Below the pieces are notes generated by a model. It was not told the origin of the DNA and made no database searches. It saw only the letters and a list, made by a program, of their open reading frames with translations. A DNA stretch of 64,000 nucleotides, from contig OZ255836.1 of assembly GCA_965277715.1 (NCBI GenBank), positions 1,568,001 to 1,632,000 on the forward strand, in the 5' to 3' direction. This document shows, piece by piece, positions 1 to 10,352 of this stretch; the first letter of the stretch is position 1; each line of letters opens with the position of its first letter. Both the position numbers and the translations under genes were made by a program. Source of the stretch: Gammaproteobacteria bacterium (GTDB lineage Bacteria > Pseudomonadota > Gammaproteobacteria > JBCCGL01).

Positions 1-369
1 GGTAGCGGCACCGGGTTGTTTTGAATTTATTTTGGCATTCTCAAATTTAATATTTGGCCCCAGAATATCAACAACCGCATCGAGCCCCCGGTTGTTTCGC
101 ATCACATCAAGATAGGTCGCAGAGATTTCAACCGGTGATGCAATGCGACGCAGTGCCGGCTTATCAGCCGAGTGCCCTGGCTCGATGTCAAACCGGGGGC
201 GATTATCGAACGTCATACCATAAGGCGCGTTATACTTTCTACTCTCTTCTTTCCATTGCTCGAATTCATTTTGTAGTTTTTCCAGTGCACCTTCAGGAAT
301 AGCATTTTCCAGAAACAGGAATCCATCCCGGTTAAATTGGTTGACTTGTGTGCTTGAGAGCGTTTTCAT
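1..369 (-). CDS. Phytanoyl-CoA dioxygenase (PhyH) family Fe(II)/2-oxoglutarate dioxygenase, 5' part; runs off the window edge
   Basis: Not in the ORF track. Manual translation from ATG at 369 (AGGAAGG upstream) is open to base 1: MKTLSSTQVNQFNRDGFLFLENAIP...ALRRIASPVEIS...VVDILGPNIKFENAKINSKQPG. The F.RDGFL..ENAI start and ILGPN...K.N.K.PG are typical of PhyH proteins. Confidence 0.8.
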   Translation of the reverse strand, partial: MKTLSSTQVNQFNRDGFLFLENAIPEGALEKLQNEFEQWKEESRKYNAPYGMTFDNRPRFDIEPGHSADKPALRRIASPVEISATYLDVMRNNRGLDAVVDILGPNIKFENAKINSKQPGAAT

Positions 370-393
370 TTTTATACCTTCCTGCCGATTTTA

Positions 394-927
394 TCAGTGG
401 CGTTTTTTATTGTGTGGATCGTAAAGTGGTTTAAGGCTGGCACGGGTACGAATTTTCTTACCGGCAACCAACACTGTGTAATGTTGGCTTTCCGGTTGTT
501 GATGGTTAACGCCCATGGGTAAAGTCACCCACCCCAACCCGATTGGCGCGCCTAAAGTATGCCCATAAGTACCCGTTGTGATTATACCAACCAATTCGTT
601 ATTCAGATAAATGAGCCATTGTGTGTAGACCACCCGGCCCGGTTCAACCGCGACGTCATTCGTACAGATTCTTTGCAATATTTTTTCAGTATCGCGGCCT
701 TCGACGAGGATCTTACAAAACGAACTAAGATCGACCAGCCCTACATCCTCACGGATAGCATTGTGCTCATTTTTCCAGTGCGTAAACCATGCGGTTTTAT
801 TGTAGCCATAATCGTACTCCGCTTTAACGTCATCGGGGGCAAACCACATCGGTCGCTCCCATCCGGCTGACTCACCAAAAAACGCACCTGCCTGTTTAAG
901 CTGCTCGTGAATCGGCGACCGCCGCAT
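394..927 (-). pseudogene. Remnant of a GcvT-family aminomethyltransferase domain (dimethylglycine/sarcosine dehydrogenase type) with a large in-frame internal deletion
   Basis: RRSPIH...GAFFGESAGWERPMWF and VGLVDLSSFCKI..GRD match the start of the DMGDH folate domain. VVYTQWL joins directly to the C-terminal IY..NELVGIITTGTYGHTLG..IGLG...YDP. The FAD domain is absent. Confidence 0.75.
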
Positions 928-1074
928 TATTGCCTTTTAACCGAATCAGATACCACTCAATTCTTTCGGGGTCATCGACTTGACACCCCCAGTAACCACA
1001 GCCGCGCTTACTCACAGTAGATTCAAACCATTTTTTCAGGATAATACCCCCTCCTCCCCACTCAGGAAAAAACA

Positions 1075-1455
1075 ATGACCAGCGAAACATTTGAAAAAGG
1101 CCGCGTAGCGCGCAGTGCCGTACTCGGCAGTGAATATGTCGATAAAGTGCTCAATGAAGCCAACGATTTCAACAAAGAATTCCAACACCTCGTCACTGAA
1201 TACTGCTGGGGCACCTGCTGGGGCGACGACATCCTCACGCACAAACAGCGCAGCATGTTAAACCTCGGTATGATCGCCGCACTCAACCGTATGCATGAAT
1301 GGGAGTTACACTTTCGCGGCGCGATTAAAAATGGTGTCAGCCGCGATGAACTCAAAGCCATTATGATGCAGATTGCGGTTTATGCAGGCATCCCTACTGG
1401 CGTTGAGTGTTTTCGTATCGCTAATAAGGTACTGGCGGAGCTTGATGCTGATTGA
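1075..1455 (+). CDS. Carboxymuconolactone decarboxylase family protein
   Basis: FEKG...R..VLG.EYVD, EYCWG..W, RSMLNLGMIAALNR..E.ELH.RGA..NG, YAGIP motifs; AGGA RBS upstream. Confidence 0.88.
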   Translation: MTSETFEKGRVARSAVLGSEYVDKVLNEANDFNKEFQHLVTEYCWGTCWGDDILTHKQRSMLNLGMIAALNRMHEWELHFRGAIKNGVSRDELKAIMMQIAVYAGIPTGVECFRIANKVLAELDAD

Positions 1456-1477
1456 TTATTGAAGTAAACAATCTCTG

Positions 1478-1502
1478 TCCCCCTCTTTTCCAAAGAGGGG
1501 GA
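1478..1502. terminator. Hairpin between convergent genes, probable bidirectional terminator
   Basis: TCCCCCTCTTT-TCC-AAAGAGGGGGA: perfect 11-bp stem between the stops at 1455 and 1518. Confidence 0.6.
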
Positions 1503-1517
1503 ATGGCTTCGATAGCG

Positions 1518-3215
1518 TTACGTGCTGGCACCAACTTCCCCTCTTTCATCGTCACTCTCAGCATGCTGCAACCGGCATAAGCAGGACGCTTTAATCGGCA
1601 CATCGGCACGCGCAACAGCAACTGCCAGCCGGGGGGCAATCATGCTGGCCTCGGTCTGTTTGGCCTGCCGACGCAAACATTCGTGTAGCCCGTGCAGGCT
1701 CCATACATTATCGCGGTGCTGACAGGCGCGCACCAACTCATCGTTTAACCCCAGGTCAGTGCGATAAACATGCTCTGCCTCATCCAGCCGCCCCTGTTCC
1801 AACAACAGAGCGCCCAGCGCGTGGCGCGCAGGCTGCATCCACCCCCAGGGTTCATCGTAAGGCAGTGAATCGGCCAGTGACACTGCGGCGCGCAGGTGCT
1901 CGAATGCCTGCTCAAAATTAGCCTTACGATACTCCACTTCCCCATGTGCCATTTCAGCCGCCACCGCGAGAGTATCCCGGCAGTGATTATTAAATATTTT
2001 GCGCGAATAGGGCACTTTCTCCACTGCCTGGGTAAACTGTTGCAACGCGGCCTGCGCCTCATCAATATTCGCCAACACCGCGTGGGCCAGGGTTTGGGCG
2101 TAGTGCAACATCGCCGTGGTGGTGCAGTACAGATCCCTGTCTTGCGGAAAGGGCGTATCGATAATCACCTGCCATTGGCCAAAGCGAATCGGTGCGTGCA
2201 CCTTCATCGCCACATAACCCTCCAACCAATCGGCCATCGGTGGGCTATCAACCCGTAACAGCGCCTCTGGAATCGTCTCGACCAGGTCGTTCGCCGCCGC
2301 CATTGCCGACTGGTACTGCCCCAGCAGCATGGCACCGTAAAGCTTAAAGTGGCAATTATGCGCCCGCGACAGTGCATTAAAGTTAAGCTTGCCTGCGTGT
2401 TTCAGGTATTTGTCATCGGCGCGAATTGCCGCTGAATTGGATGCCACCGTATTGTAATAGTCACCGCACTGCACATCGATATGGGTTGACATATGCAGCA
2501 GGTGAGCGGCATCCGGCACCAGGTGGCGCAGGCCATCCGCTGCCGGCAAAGCTTTCTCAGGGTACGGCGACATTTCCAACACATGAATATACAGGTGCAG
2601 CAGACCTGCGTGTTCTGCCCCTGTACTGGATTGGTATTTCTGTATGGAGGATTCCAATACCCGCATACATTCCAGCGTATCAGCTCCCTGCTCAGGTTTC
2701 CCGCTGTGAATATCCCATAACGCCCAGGGGGTGCGATTCATCATCGCATCGACAAACAAGGTACTGACATCAGGGTCATCGGCAAAGTCGCTGTAAACAT
2801 AGCGCATCGCATCCGCGTAATGGTCATTCCAGAGGGCCAGGTCACTCCCAACCTCAGCCGCTTGATAACGGTGTGCCAGCGCCCTGATTAATGCCTGTTC
2901 AACCGGGCTGGCGTTGGTTATTTTTTCCAGTGCATGGTGCGTTTGCGTATGGCATTCAAGCAGTGTGCTCGCCAGATCAACCGGGTCAAACTGGTGCCAC
3001 TGCTTGTTGTAGTACGGGCCGACTGCGTAGGCGATGCCCCAGTGGGCCATTGCGCAGTGCGCATCGAACGTAAGCATTTGCCTGAAACAACTGGCGGCTG
3101 CCTCGTAGTTGAATGAATAGCACCACATGAGCCCACGATCAAACCAACGTTGTGCCTGAACAGATGTCGTTGATATTTTGCGGCTGTAATCCCCCAGATC
3201 GAAATAGTCATCCAC
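1518..3215 (-). CDS. Tetratricopeptide-repeat (TPR) domain protein of unknown function
   Basis: 565-aa helical ORF: DYFDLG.YSR.I.T.S..AQ.WFDRGL, HLYIH.LEMS, HL.HM.TH, YDEPWGWMQP.RHALGALLLEQG. Confidence 0.8.
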   Translation of the reverse strand: MDDYFDLGDYSRKISTTSVQAQRWFDRGLMWCYSFNYEAAASCFRQMLTFDAHCAMAHWGIAYAVGPYYNKQWHQFDPVDLASTLLECHTQTHHALEKITNASPVEQALIRALAHRYQAAEVGSDLALWNDHYADAMRYVYSDFADDPDVSTLFVDAMMNRTPWALWDIHSGKPEQGADTLECMRVLESSIQKYQSSTGAEHAGLLHLYIHVLEMSPYPEKALPAADGLRHLVPDAAHLLHMSTHIDVQCGDYYNTVASNSAAIRADDKYLKHAGKLNFNALSRAHNCHFKLYGAMLLGQYQSAMAAANDLVETIPEALLRVDSPPMADWLEGYVAMKVHAPIRFGQWQVIIDTPFPQDRDLYCTTTAMLHYAQTLAHAVLANIDEAQAALQQFTQAVEKVPYSRKIFNNHCRDTLAVAAEMAHGEVEYRKANFEQAFEHLRAAVSLADSLPYDEPWGWMQPARHALGALLLEQGRLDEAEHVYRTDLGLNDELVRACQHRDNVWSLHGLHECLRRQAKQTEASMIAPRLAVAVARADVPIKASCLCRLQHAESDDERGEVGAST

Positions 3216-3375
3216 CCCAATTCACCCTGCCTGAACGCGTAAATGCTCAATAATAAACACCCATTTCACATTAATCCTGTCTATTTAATAAAAAATCCAT
3301 GAATATCGCCCAATCCACCGGTTTTTTTGCGATAATGCGCCCCCCGTAAATTCAAGTACCTGTGAGGGCCCCCTG

Positions 3376-4110
3376 TTGGATCAAGCGAATTTAGAGCTGA
3401 AAGTCTGGAAAGACCTCGCTATCAGCAAACAAATATTAATGAGAACGGCGTCTGATGCACTCGACCTTCCCGCCGACTGCAACGCCGATGAATTAAAAGC
3501 CGCACTCGATATTGCCATTAAACGCGGTAAAAATGCCGATACAGCGATAAGCAAAGCGCAAGCAGAAGCCTCTGACCAGGTTGCCGCAATAGAGAAAAAG
3601 CTGAAATCCACGCAAAAAGCCCTGGCTGAAGTCGAGAGCAAAGTCGACGCTGCCGAAGCCGGCAGACAGGAAGCTGAACACCGCACCTTAACCGCACGCG
3701 AGGCCAACCTCAAAGAATTAAAAAAGGCCACAGATCAACTCGCCGAAAAACAAAAGGTGATAAAGTCGATTAATACAGCATTGGCCGACACACCTGAGAA
3801 TGTAGTCAAGAAACTAAAAAAACTGAAGAAGGAAAAATTTGACGAAGCGGCGGCACGCAAGCGGGCCGAAGATGAGGTGCGCAACCTCAAAAAGCAGAAG
3901 AAAAAGTTGGAAGAAACGCTGGAAGAGAACAAGACAAGTATCGAAAACAGCGAAAAACTGGCCGAAAAATACCGGGAGCTATACGCGTTGTGTACACGTC
4001 AGCGCGAACAACTCGAACCCCTGGTAGAAGATAAAGACAGCCTGGCCGAGCTACCGACTATGGACGAGCACTTACTGGAAAGCGTTGAGAAAGTTGACAA
4101 GGCGGCCTAA
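3376..4110 (+). CDS. Coiled-coil hypothetical protein
   Basis: 244-aa K/E/A/L-rich heptad-like ORF; TTG start with GAGG upstream. Confidence 0.75.
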   Translation: MDQANLELKVWKDLAISKQILMRTASDALDLPADCNADELKAALDIAIKRGKNADTAISKAQAEASDQVAAIEKKLKSTQKALAEVESKVDAAEAGRQEAEHRTLTAREANLKELKKATDQLAEKQKVIKSINTALADTPENVVKKLKKLKKEKFDEAAARKRAEDEVRNLKKQKKKLEETLEENKTSIENSEKLAEKYRELYALCTRQREQLEPLVEDKDSLAELPTMDEHLLESVEKVDKAA

Positions 4111-4228
4111 GCGATTTTTCCGGGGTGTTTTACCCCCTCCAAAGCAGCCCCAGGCGCTGATTGACAGCATCGACACAAGCACCATTATCGCGATGCTTCC
4201 CCTATCGCCGCAAGCCGGATAAACAAAC

Positions 4229-5323
4229 ATGCACGGTACTCACCCCATAGCCCCAGCAGAAACACCGTGCACGACCATCAGCTCCCCCTCTCGGCGTGCA
4301 CGCGCATTCATTATTGCACTACTGCTTGGCGCAACCACGCTGGTTAATGCCGCGCCGGTCAATGTAAGAACCCAACCGCTGTCCAGTGTACTCATCGAAA
4401 AAAAATACACGGCCCCAGCCACGGCAGTGGCCATCAACAATAGCCAGATTAGCGCGGAAATTGCCGCCCGTATCAGCCGTATCAATGTGCAAACAGGCGA
4501 TATTATTAATGCAGGTGAAACACTGGCCACGCTCGACTGCCGTAGTTATCAGCACGTATTGGCCAATGCGAGAGCGCGGTACGACTCGCTTAAAGCACAG
4601 GTGCAACTCAGCGAACAACAGCTCAAGCGAGCCAAATCACTGCGTAAAGAAAATAACCTGTCGGCTGAAAATCTCGATCAGCGCAGCGCAGACCTGAGTA
4701 TCGCCAAAGCCAACCTGAAAGGGCAAAAAGCCTCAATCGATGATGCAAAGCTCTCACTGGAACGCTGTTCAATTACCGCGCCCTATCGTGCGGCTGTTGT
4801 CTCGCGACTGGTTGGCGAGGGCACGATGGCCACACCAGGCTTACCATTGCTGGAAATCGTCGGCCTGGACGCAGTGGAGCTCTCCGCACAGGTACCGGTG
4901 GATCTGGTCGATTCATTGAGCACCTCGAAATCACTGGTCTTCGTCACCCGCAACGCCGACCTGCCGGTGACAATCCGCACCCTATCGCCCGTCATTAACG
5001 CCGCCTCGGGAAACCGGGAGGTACGCCTGCTGACCGAACAAACACTGCCACCCGGCACCAGTGGCCGACTGGAGTGGGTTTCCCCCCCTCTACTGCCCGC
5101 CAATTTGCTCTCGCAGCGAGAGGAAACACTCGGTGTGCTGGTGGCGATTAGCAGTGGCGACAAACACACCACACAATTCATCCCCCTCGATGGCGCACTT
5201 GAAGGCCGCCCTGCCAACATTGACCTATCGGGCAATTTATCGGCTGACACACACATTATCGTCGAAGGCCGCCACAAACTGGCAGCGGGCGACGAAATCA
5301 ATATTGTCACCAATACAAATTAA
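4229..5323 (+). CDS. RND efflux periplasmic adaptor (membrane fusion protein)
   Basis: N-terminal hydrophobic segment, lipoyl-like halves (ISAEIAARI..INV.TGD.I..GE.LA.LD; ITAPY..VV) flanking a helical hairpin; adjacent to an RND permease. Confidence 0.88.
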   Translation: MHGTHPIAPAETPCTTISSPSRRARAFIIALLLGATTLVNAAPVNVRTQPLSSVLIEKKYTAPATAVAINNSQISAEIAARISRINVQTGDIINAGETLATLDCRSYQHVLANARARYDSLKAQVQLSEQQLKRAKSLRKENNLSAENLDQRSADLSIAKANLKGQKASIDDAKLSLERCSITAPYRAAVVSRLVGEGTMATPGLPLLEIVGLDAVELSAQVPVDLVDSLSTSKSLVFVTRNADLPVTIRTLSPVINAASGNREVRLLTEQTLPPGTSGRLEWVSPPLLPANLLSQREETLGVLVAISSGDKHTTQFIPLDGALEGRPANIDLSGNLSADTHIIVEGRHKLAAGDEINIVTNTN

Positions 5324-5341
5324 CAATAACGGCACTCAGCC

Positions 5342-8300
5342 ATGTACCAGCGCTTTATTGAAAACGGTGTGCTCGCCAACCTGACTTTTTTGCTGGTACT
5401 GGCAGTCGGCATCACCGCGTACTTATCACTGCCCCGCGAACAAGACCCGACAATTAATTTTAACTGGATAGAAATCACCACTGTTTTACCCAGCGCCTCA
5501 GCACAAGACATTGAAAAACGCGTGACCGACCCGCTCGAAGACGCCATCGAAAAGGTCTCTGATACCAAATTTGTCAGCAGTACCAGCCGCGAATCGATCT
5601 CGCGCATCCTGGTGCGTTTCGAGGAGATTGACCAACGCACGTTCGACAAGCGGCTGGCCGATTTGCGCCGTGAAGTACAGGCAGTCGAAGAAGAACTCCC
5701 CAGGGAAACCCTCTCGCCGATTATCACCGAAATAACCACCGCCAACGCATTTCCCACCGCTATTGTCGCCGTGGTTGGCCCCGCCGACGATGAGAATTTG
5801 CGCCGCCAGGCCGAGCGTATCAAAACGGGCCTGGAAAACATTAAGGATGTCGACAATGTGCTGGCCACCGCCCTGCGCGAACCGGAATTACAGGTCGCCT
5901 TTGAAGTCGACCAATTGCGTTCGCTGGGTATCACGCCAGCCGATATTGCCGATACCGTGGCCGCCTATTATCGCGATGTTTCGGTTGGTTCAGCCCAGGT
6001 TGGTGGGCAACGCTGGCTGGTGCGTGTCAGCGGTACCTCCGCCAACCCTGACTACTTGGCCTCACTGCCAGTCTTTGGTGCACGCGGTGAAGTATTGCTC
6101 GGTGATATTGCCGAAGTTACCCGCACCCGCGAAGACACTGGCGAACTGGTTAGCTACCAGGGTCGACCGGCGGTGATGCTGTCGATCACTAAAAAGGCGC
6201 GCACCAATACACTGGCGCTGGTGGCGCGCATCAACGCCTTTATCGACGAACACAATGCCAACACCGATATCAGCGGCGTCAACATCGTGCTGATAGACGA
6301 CCAAACCGAAGTCACCCGCAGCGCCCTCAATGTCATGGAAACCAATATGGTGCTGGGCCTGTTACTGGTGCTGATGGTCACCTGGCTGTTTCTCGGCACG
6401 CGCATGGCGCTGCTCACCAGTATCGGCATCCCCTTTATTCTCGCCGGGACTTTCTGGTTTTTACAGGCAGTGGGGCAAACCCTGAACGTATCGGTGTTAC
6501 TGGGTGTCGTTATTAGCCTGGGCATGTTGGTCGATGATACCGTGGTCGTCGCCGAGAGTATTGCGTTTCGTATGCAGCGCGGCACCGATGCGGTTGCGGC
6601 ATCCGTCGGCGCAATCAAGGAGCTATTTCAACCGGTAACGGCGGCGGTACTGACGACGATAGCGGCCTTCCTGCCGCTGATGTTATTACCTGGTATCCTC
6701 GGTAAATTCATGTTCGTCATCCCGTTAGTAGTCACCACCGCGCTGGCACTCAGCCTGGTTGAGGCCTACTGGATGCTGCCCTCGCACACCATGGACTGGG
6801 GCCGCCCGAAAACCGCGACACGCTGGCGTATCAACAGCATCGCCGATGTGCTCAAGCTACCGCCCCGCATCGCTATCTGGCTGCTCAAGCTACCGATTAG
6901 AACAGGGGATTATATCGATGCCCTGTGCAACCCATTCAGGCAGCGTGTATTGCGCTGGCTGCGCCGCCGCTACACGCGGCAACTGATCAAAATACTCCGC
7001 CACCCCTGTTTGACCCTGCTCAGCATTCTACTCATCGCCGTCTGCCTTATGGGGCTTGCCATCAAGGCAAAAACCATCGCTGGGTTTCTACCAGAACCAC
7101 TGAGCGAGAAAGTTGCCGCATTGGAAATCAAGGTGGATTTTTTCGCCAGTGATCCAATCCGTCTGTATTACGTCAATGTGCAGATGCCTGTGGGTACACC
7201 ACTGGCTGACACACTGAAGACCGTTACCGCAATTGAACAGAAAGTACGCCAATACATTCAACCCGGCGAAGTGCGCCAACTCATCAGTTACAGCGGCCTG
7301 TTGTTTACCGAAACCGCCCCGTTTTTTGGTGACCACTTTGGCCAGGTGGTCGTCGCCCTGAACCCAAAAACAAACGCCCTGCGCACAGTCGATGCAATGG
7401 TCGATTCAATGCGCGATGCCGTGGTGAATACACCTGGCCCGGAAAGTGTGTATTTTCTGACCTTGGCGGGCGGCCCGCCCACCACAAAACCGGTCAGCGT
7501 CAAGGTGCGCGGAGATAGCTTTGATACAATCCGGCCCGCCGTTAACGCCATCAAACACACCCTCTCGACAATCGAAGGGGTAAGCGATATCAGTGACGAT
7601 GACGCCAGTGGCCAGCGCACGCTGACCCTGCACATCGACTCAGACGCAGTACAGCGCGCCGGGGTCAACCCGGCGCTGCTGTCGCGCACCCTGCGTTTAC
7701 TGGTCGACGGTGAAGTGGTCACCAGCCTGCGCCACAACGGCGAGGAAATCGATGTGCGCGTTGTCGCCAACCAACCCAAACTCAACAGCATCGACGAACT
7801 GCTGAACGTCAACCTGCCCTCGGCAAACGGCGACCCGGTGGCATTATCCACCCTGGTCAACACAGCCTACCAAGTGGGGCAAAACAGCATCCGCCATTAC
7901 AACTTCCAGCGCACGGTCACCGTCGAGGCGGATATTGACCCGCAAATCATCAATACCGTCGACGTCAACAAACAACTCAAGCAACGCTGGCGGGACACCC
8001 TGCAACGCCAGTTTCCCGAGGTAAACCTGGATTTTTCAGGCTTGCTCGACGACATCCAGGAGAGCATCAACGCAATGATCACCCTGTTCGGTTTTGGGAT
8101 TGGGCTGATCTACATCATCCTCGGCACCCAGTTCAAAAGCTACTTCCAGCCGCTGATGATCCTGTTGACTATACCCATGGCATTTATTGGCGTAGTCACC
8201 GGCCTACTGCTCAACGGCAACCCGTTAAGCCTGTACACCCTTTACGGCGTTGTGGCACTGGCGGGCATTGCCGTCAACTCGGCGATTGTATTGATTTCGA

Positions 8301-8563
8301 CGGCGAACACCCATCTCAACAATGGCATGGGGGTAAAACACGCCACCTTATTCGCCGCACGCCGCCGCGTTATCCCTATTTTGATTACCTCCTTAAGCAC
8401 AATAGCCGGGCTGTTCTCGCTGGCGACCGGACTGGGGGGGCACTCACTACTGTGGGGGCCGGTGGCGACCTCCATCGTCTGGGGGTTGGGGTTTTCCACC
8501 CTGCTAACCCTCTTTCTTATCCCGCTACTCTACAGCCTGTTTATGCGCCAACCCGCGAGGTAA
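5342..8563 (+). CDS. RND (AcrB/AcrD/AcrF family) permease
   Basis: 1073 aa with two large periplasmic loops; LGMLVDD, LTTIAAFLP, R...IL.TSL.TI.GL motifs. Confidence 0.93.
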   Translation: MYQRFIENGVLANLTFLLVLAVGITAYLSLPREQDPTINFNWIEITTVLPSASAQDIEKRVTDPLEDAIEKVSDTKFVSSTSRESISRILVRFEEIDQRTFDKRLADLRREVQAVEEELPRETLSPIITEITTANAFPTAIVAVVGPADDENLRRQAERIKTGLENIKDVDNVLATALREPELQVAFEVDQLRSLGITPADIADTVAAYYRDVSVGSAQVGGQRWLVRVSGTSANPDYLASLPVFGARGEVLLGDIAEVTRTREDTGELVSYQGRPAVMLSITKKARTNTLALVARINAFIDEHNANTDISGVNIVLIDDQTEVTRSALNVMETNMVLGLLLVLMVTWLFLGTRMALLTSIGIPFILAGTFWFLQAVGQTLNVSVLLGVVISLGMLVDDTVVVAESIAFRMQRGTDAVAASVGAIKELFQPVTAAVLTTIAAFLPLMLLPGILGKFMFVIPLVVTTALALSLVEAYWMLPSHTMDWGRPKTATRWRINSIADVLKLPPRIAIWLLKLPIRTGDYIDALCNPFRQRVLRWLRRRYTRQLIKILRHPCLTLLSILLIAVCLMGLAIKAKTIAGFLPEPLSEKVAALEIKVDFFASDPIRLYYVNVQMPVGTPLADTLKTVTAIEQKVRQYIQPGEVRQLISYSGLLFTETAPFFGDHFGQVVVALNPKTNALRTVDAMVDSMRDAVVNTPGPESVYFLTLAGGPPTTKPVSVKVRGDSFDTIRPAVNAIKHTLSTIEGVSDISDDDASGQRTLTLHIDSDAVQRAGVNPALLSRTLRLLVDGEVVTSLRHNGEEIDVRVVANQPKLNSIDELLNVNLPSANGDPVALSTLVNTAYQVGQNSIRHYNFQRTVTVEADIDPQIINTVDVNKQLKQRWRDTLQRQFPEVNLDFSGLLDDIQESINAMITLFGFGIGLIYIILGTQFKSYFQPLMILLTIPMAFIGVVTGLLLNGNPLSLYTLYGVVALAGIAVNSAIVLISTANTHLNNGMGVKHATLFAARRRVIPILITSLSTIAGLFSLATGLGGHSLLWGPVATSIVWGLGFSTLLTLFLIPLLYSLFMRQPAR

Positions 8564-8773
8564 GGGAGTTCTCAATCACCGTGGACAGACCGCTTGTGGT
8601 CGTTTTCCGCGCTGACTGTGTTGCAATTTGTCACAATAGAACCACTATGGCGCGCCAGTACGCCTTGTTCAGTGCCAACAGCGCGACACTGAAACCGGCG
8701 AAATCATCACAATTTATTTTACAAAAGCCGGGTTATCTGATAAAAGACCCTGCTTTCAAATTTGCAGTGGAAT

Positions 8774-9220
8774 ATGGCAATGGCAGCAAAGAAAAAAGCC
8801 CCTAAAAGAGGCGATGTTGGCAACTTCACCCCCTACCAGGAAAAGAAGGGTGAAGAGTACATGTGCCCGGCGCAACAAAAACACTTTAGCGCTATCCTCA
8901 ATGAGTGGAAAAAGCAGCTTATGCAGGAAGTTGACCGCACCGTCGATCATATGAAAGACGACGCCTCAAACTTTCCAGACCCCAATGACCGCGCAACCCA
9001 GGAAGAGGAATTCAGCCTGGAACTACGCACCCGTGACCGCGAGCGCAAATTAATCAAAAAGATTAATCAATCATTGCTCGATATAGACAATGAAGAATAT
9101 GGCTACTGCCAAACCTGCGGTGTTGAAATTGGCATTCGGCGCCTGGAAGCAAGACCCACCGCAACACTGTGTATCGAGTGCAAAACCCTTGAGGAAATCC
9201 GCGAAAAGCAAAATGCCTGA
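8774..9220 (+). CDS. dksA: RNA polymerase-binding transcription factor DksA
   Basis: FPDPNDRATQEEEFSLELRTRDRERKLIKKI and C4 zinc finger YGYCQTCGVEIGIRRLEARPTATLCIECK. Start is ATG at 8774 or 8780. Confidence 0.97.
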   Translation: MAMAAKKKAPKRGDVGNFTPYQEKKGEEYMCPAQQKHFSAILNEWKKQLMQEVDRTVDHMKDDASNFPDPNDRATQEEEFSLELRTRDRERKLIKKINQSLLDIDNEEYGYCQTCGVEIGIRRLEARPTATLCIECKTLEEIREKQNA

Positions 9221-9276
9221 CGGCCAACGTTAGAGCACTACCTGGAGGCAGTTACGCCCAGCCTTGATACCGACGG

Positions 9277-10197
9277 ATGAATAGCCCCTACATTGGCCGC
9301 TTCGCCCCCTCACCCAGCGGCCCGTTGCACTTTGGTTCACTGGCGACGGCAATGGGCAGCTACCTGCAGGCGCGCAGTCAAAATGGTCAATGGCTGCTGC
9401 GTATCGAGGACATCGACCCACCACGTGAAGTCAGTGGTGCAGGCGACGCCATCATTCGCAGCCTGGAAAATTTGGGGTTTGAGTGGGATCAATCGATCAC
9501 CTGGCAACACAACAACCTCAAACGCTACGAAGAGGCGCTGCAACAACTACAGACACAAGGCTTATTATTCGCCTGCGCCTGTAGCCGCAAACAACTGGCC
9601 AATACTGCCGCTTCCGACTCACACCTCCGCCCATACCCTCGCCCATACCCTCCTGGCCCATACCCTGGCACCTGTCGGGCGCGATCACTGAGCTTTACTG
9701 AGCGCAGCATCCGCATTCGCGTACAGGGCGACATCCACTTCCACGATGCAATTCAAGGCCATGTAAGCGAATCACTGGCCGAGCAGATAGGTGATTTCAT
9801 CGTCAAACGGCGCGATGGCTTATTCGCCTACCAGCTCGCTGTCGTCATCGACGACGCCGACCAGGGCATCACCGAAGTCGTGCGCGGGGCAGACCTACTG
9901 GACAACACAGCGCGGCAAATATTTCTGCAACGCGCACTTAACGCCCCTACCCCAGACTACTGCCACCTCCCCATAGCCCTCGACAAAAACGGCAAAAAAC
10001 TCTGCAAACACACACACGCAGAACCGATAGACACCCTGCCCCCCCTAGACGCCCTGCTATCCGCCTGGCACTTTCTCGGCCAAACCAGCGACACCTCGAA
10101 CAGCCATCGGCAAACACCCGATTCAGTTAAAGATTTTTGGCCCTGGGCCATCGCCAACTGGTCACTCACTAACGTACCCCTTGTACACAAGCAATAA
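9277..10197 (+). CDS. gluQ: tRNA glutamyl-Q(34) synthetase
   Basis: YIGRFAPSPSGPLHFGSL, LRIEDIDPPRE, YQLAVVIDD..QGITEVVRGADLL; no anticodon-binding domain; directly follows dksA. Confidence 0.95.
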   Translation: MNSPYIGRFAPSPSGPLHFGSLATAMGSYLQARSQNGQWLLRIEDIDPPREVSGAGDAIIRSLENLGFEWDQSITWQHNNLKRYEEALQQLQTQGLLFACACSRKQLANTAASDSHLRPYPRPYPPGPYPGTCRARSLSFTERSIRIRVQGDIHFHDAIQGHVSESLAEQIGDFIVKRRDGLFAYQLAVVIDDADQGITEVVRGADLLDNTARQIFLQRALNAPTPDYCHLPIALDKNGKKLCKHTHAEPIDTLPPLDALLSAWHFLGQTSDTSNSHRQTPDSVKDFWPWAIANWSLTNVPLVHKQ

Positions 10198-10352
10198 CCA
10201 ACCTTCCACAGAAACAGTTGGCGTGCGACTGTATGGATACAGGAGATAGAGCAACCCAGGGTGATAGAAACCACCTCATTAAAACGAACACCCCCTAACA
10301 ACTACCAACTGTCACTTGCTAATCCCCCAATTTTAACTAACCTACAACAACC

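Noticed and set aside
4229-8563. RND pair as the exporter of the giant adhesin
   Set aside because: RTX proteins use ABC-type T1SS; this is an AcrB-type pair 18 kb away.
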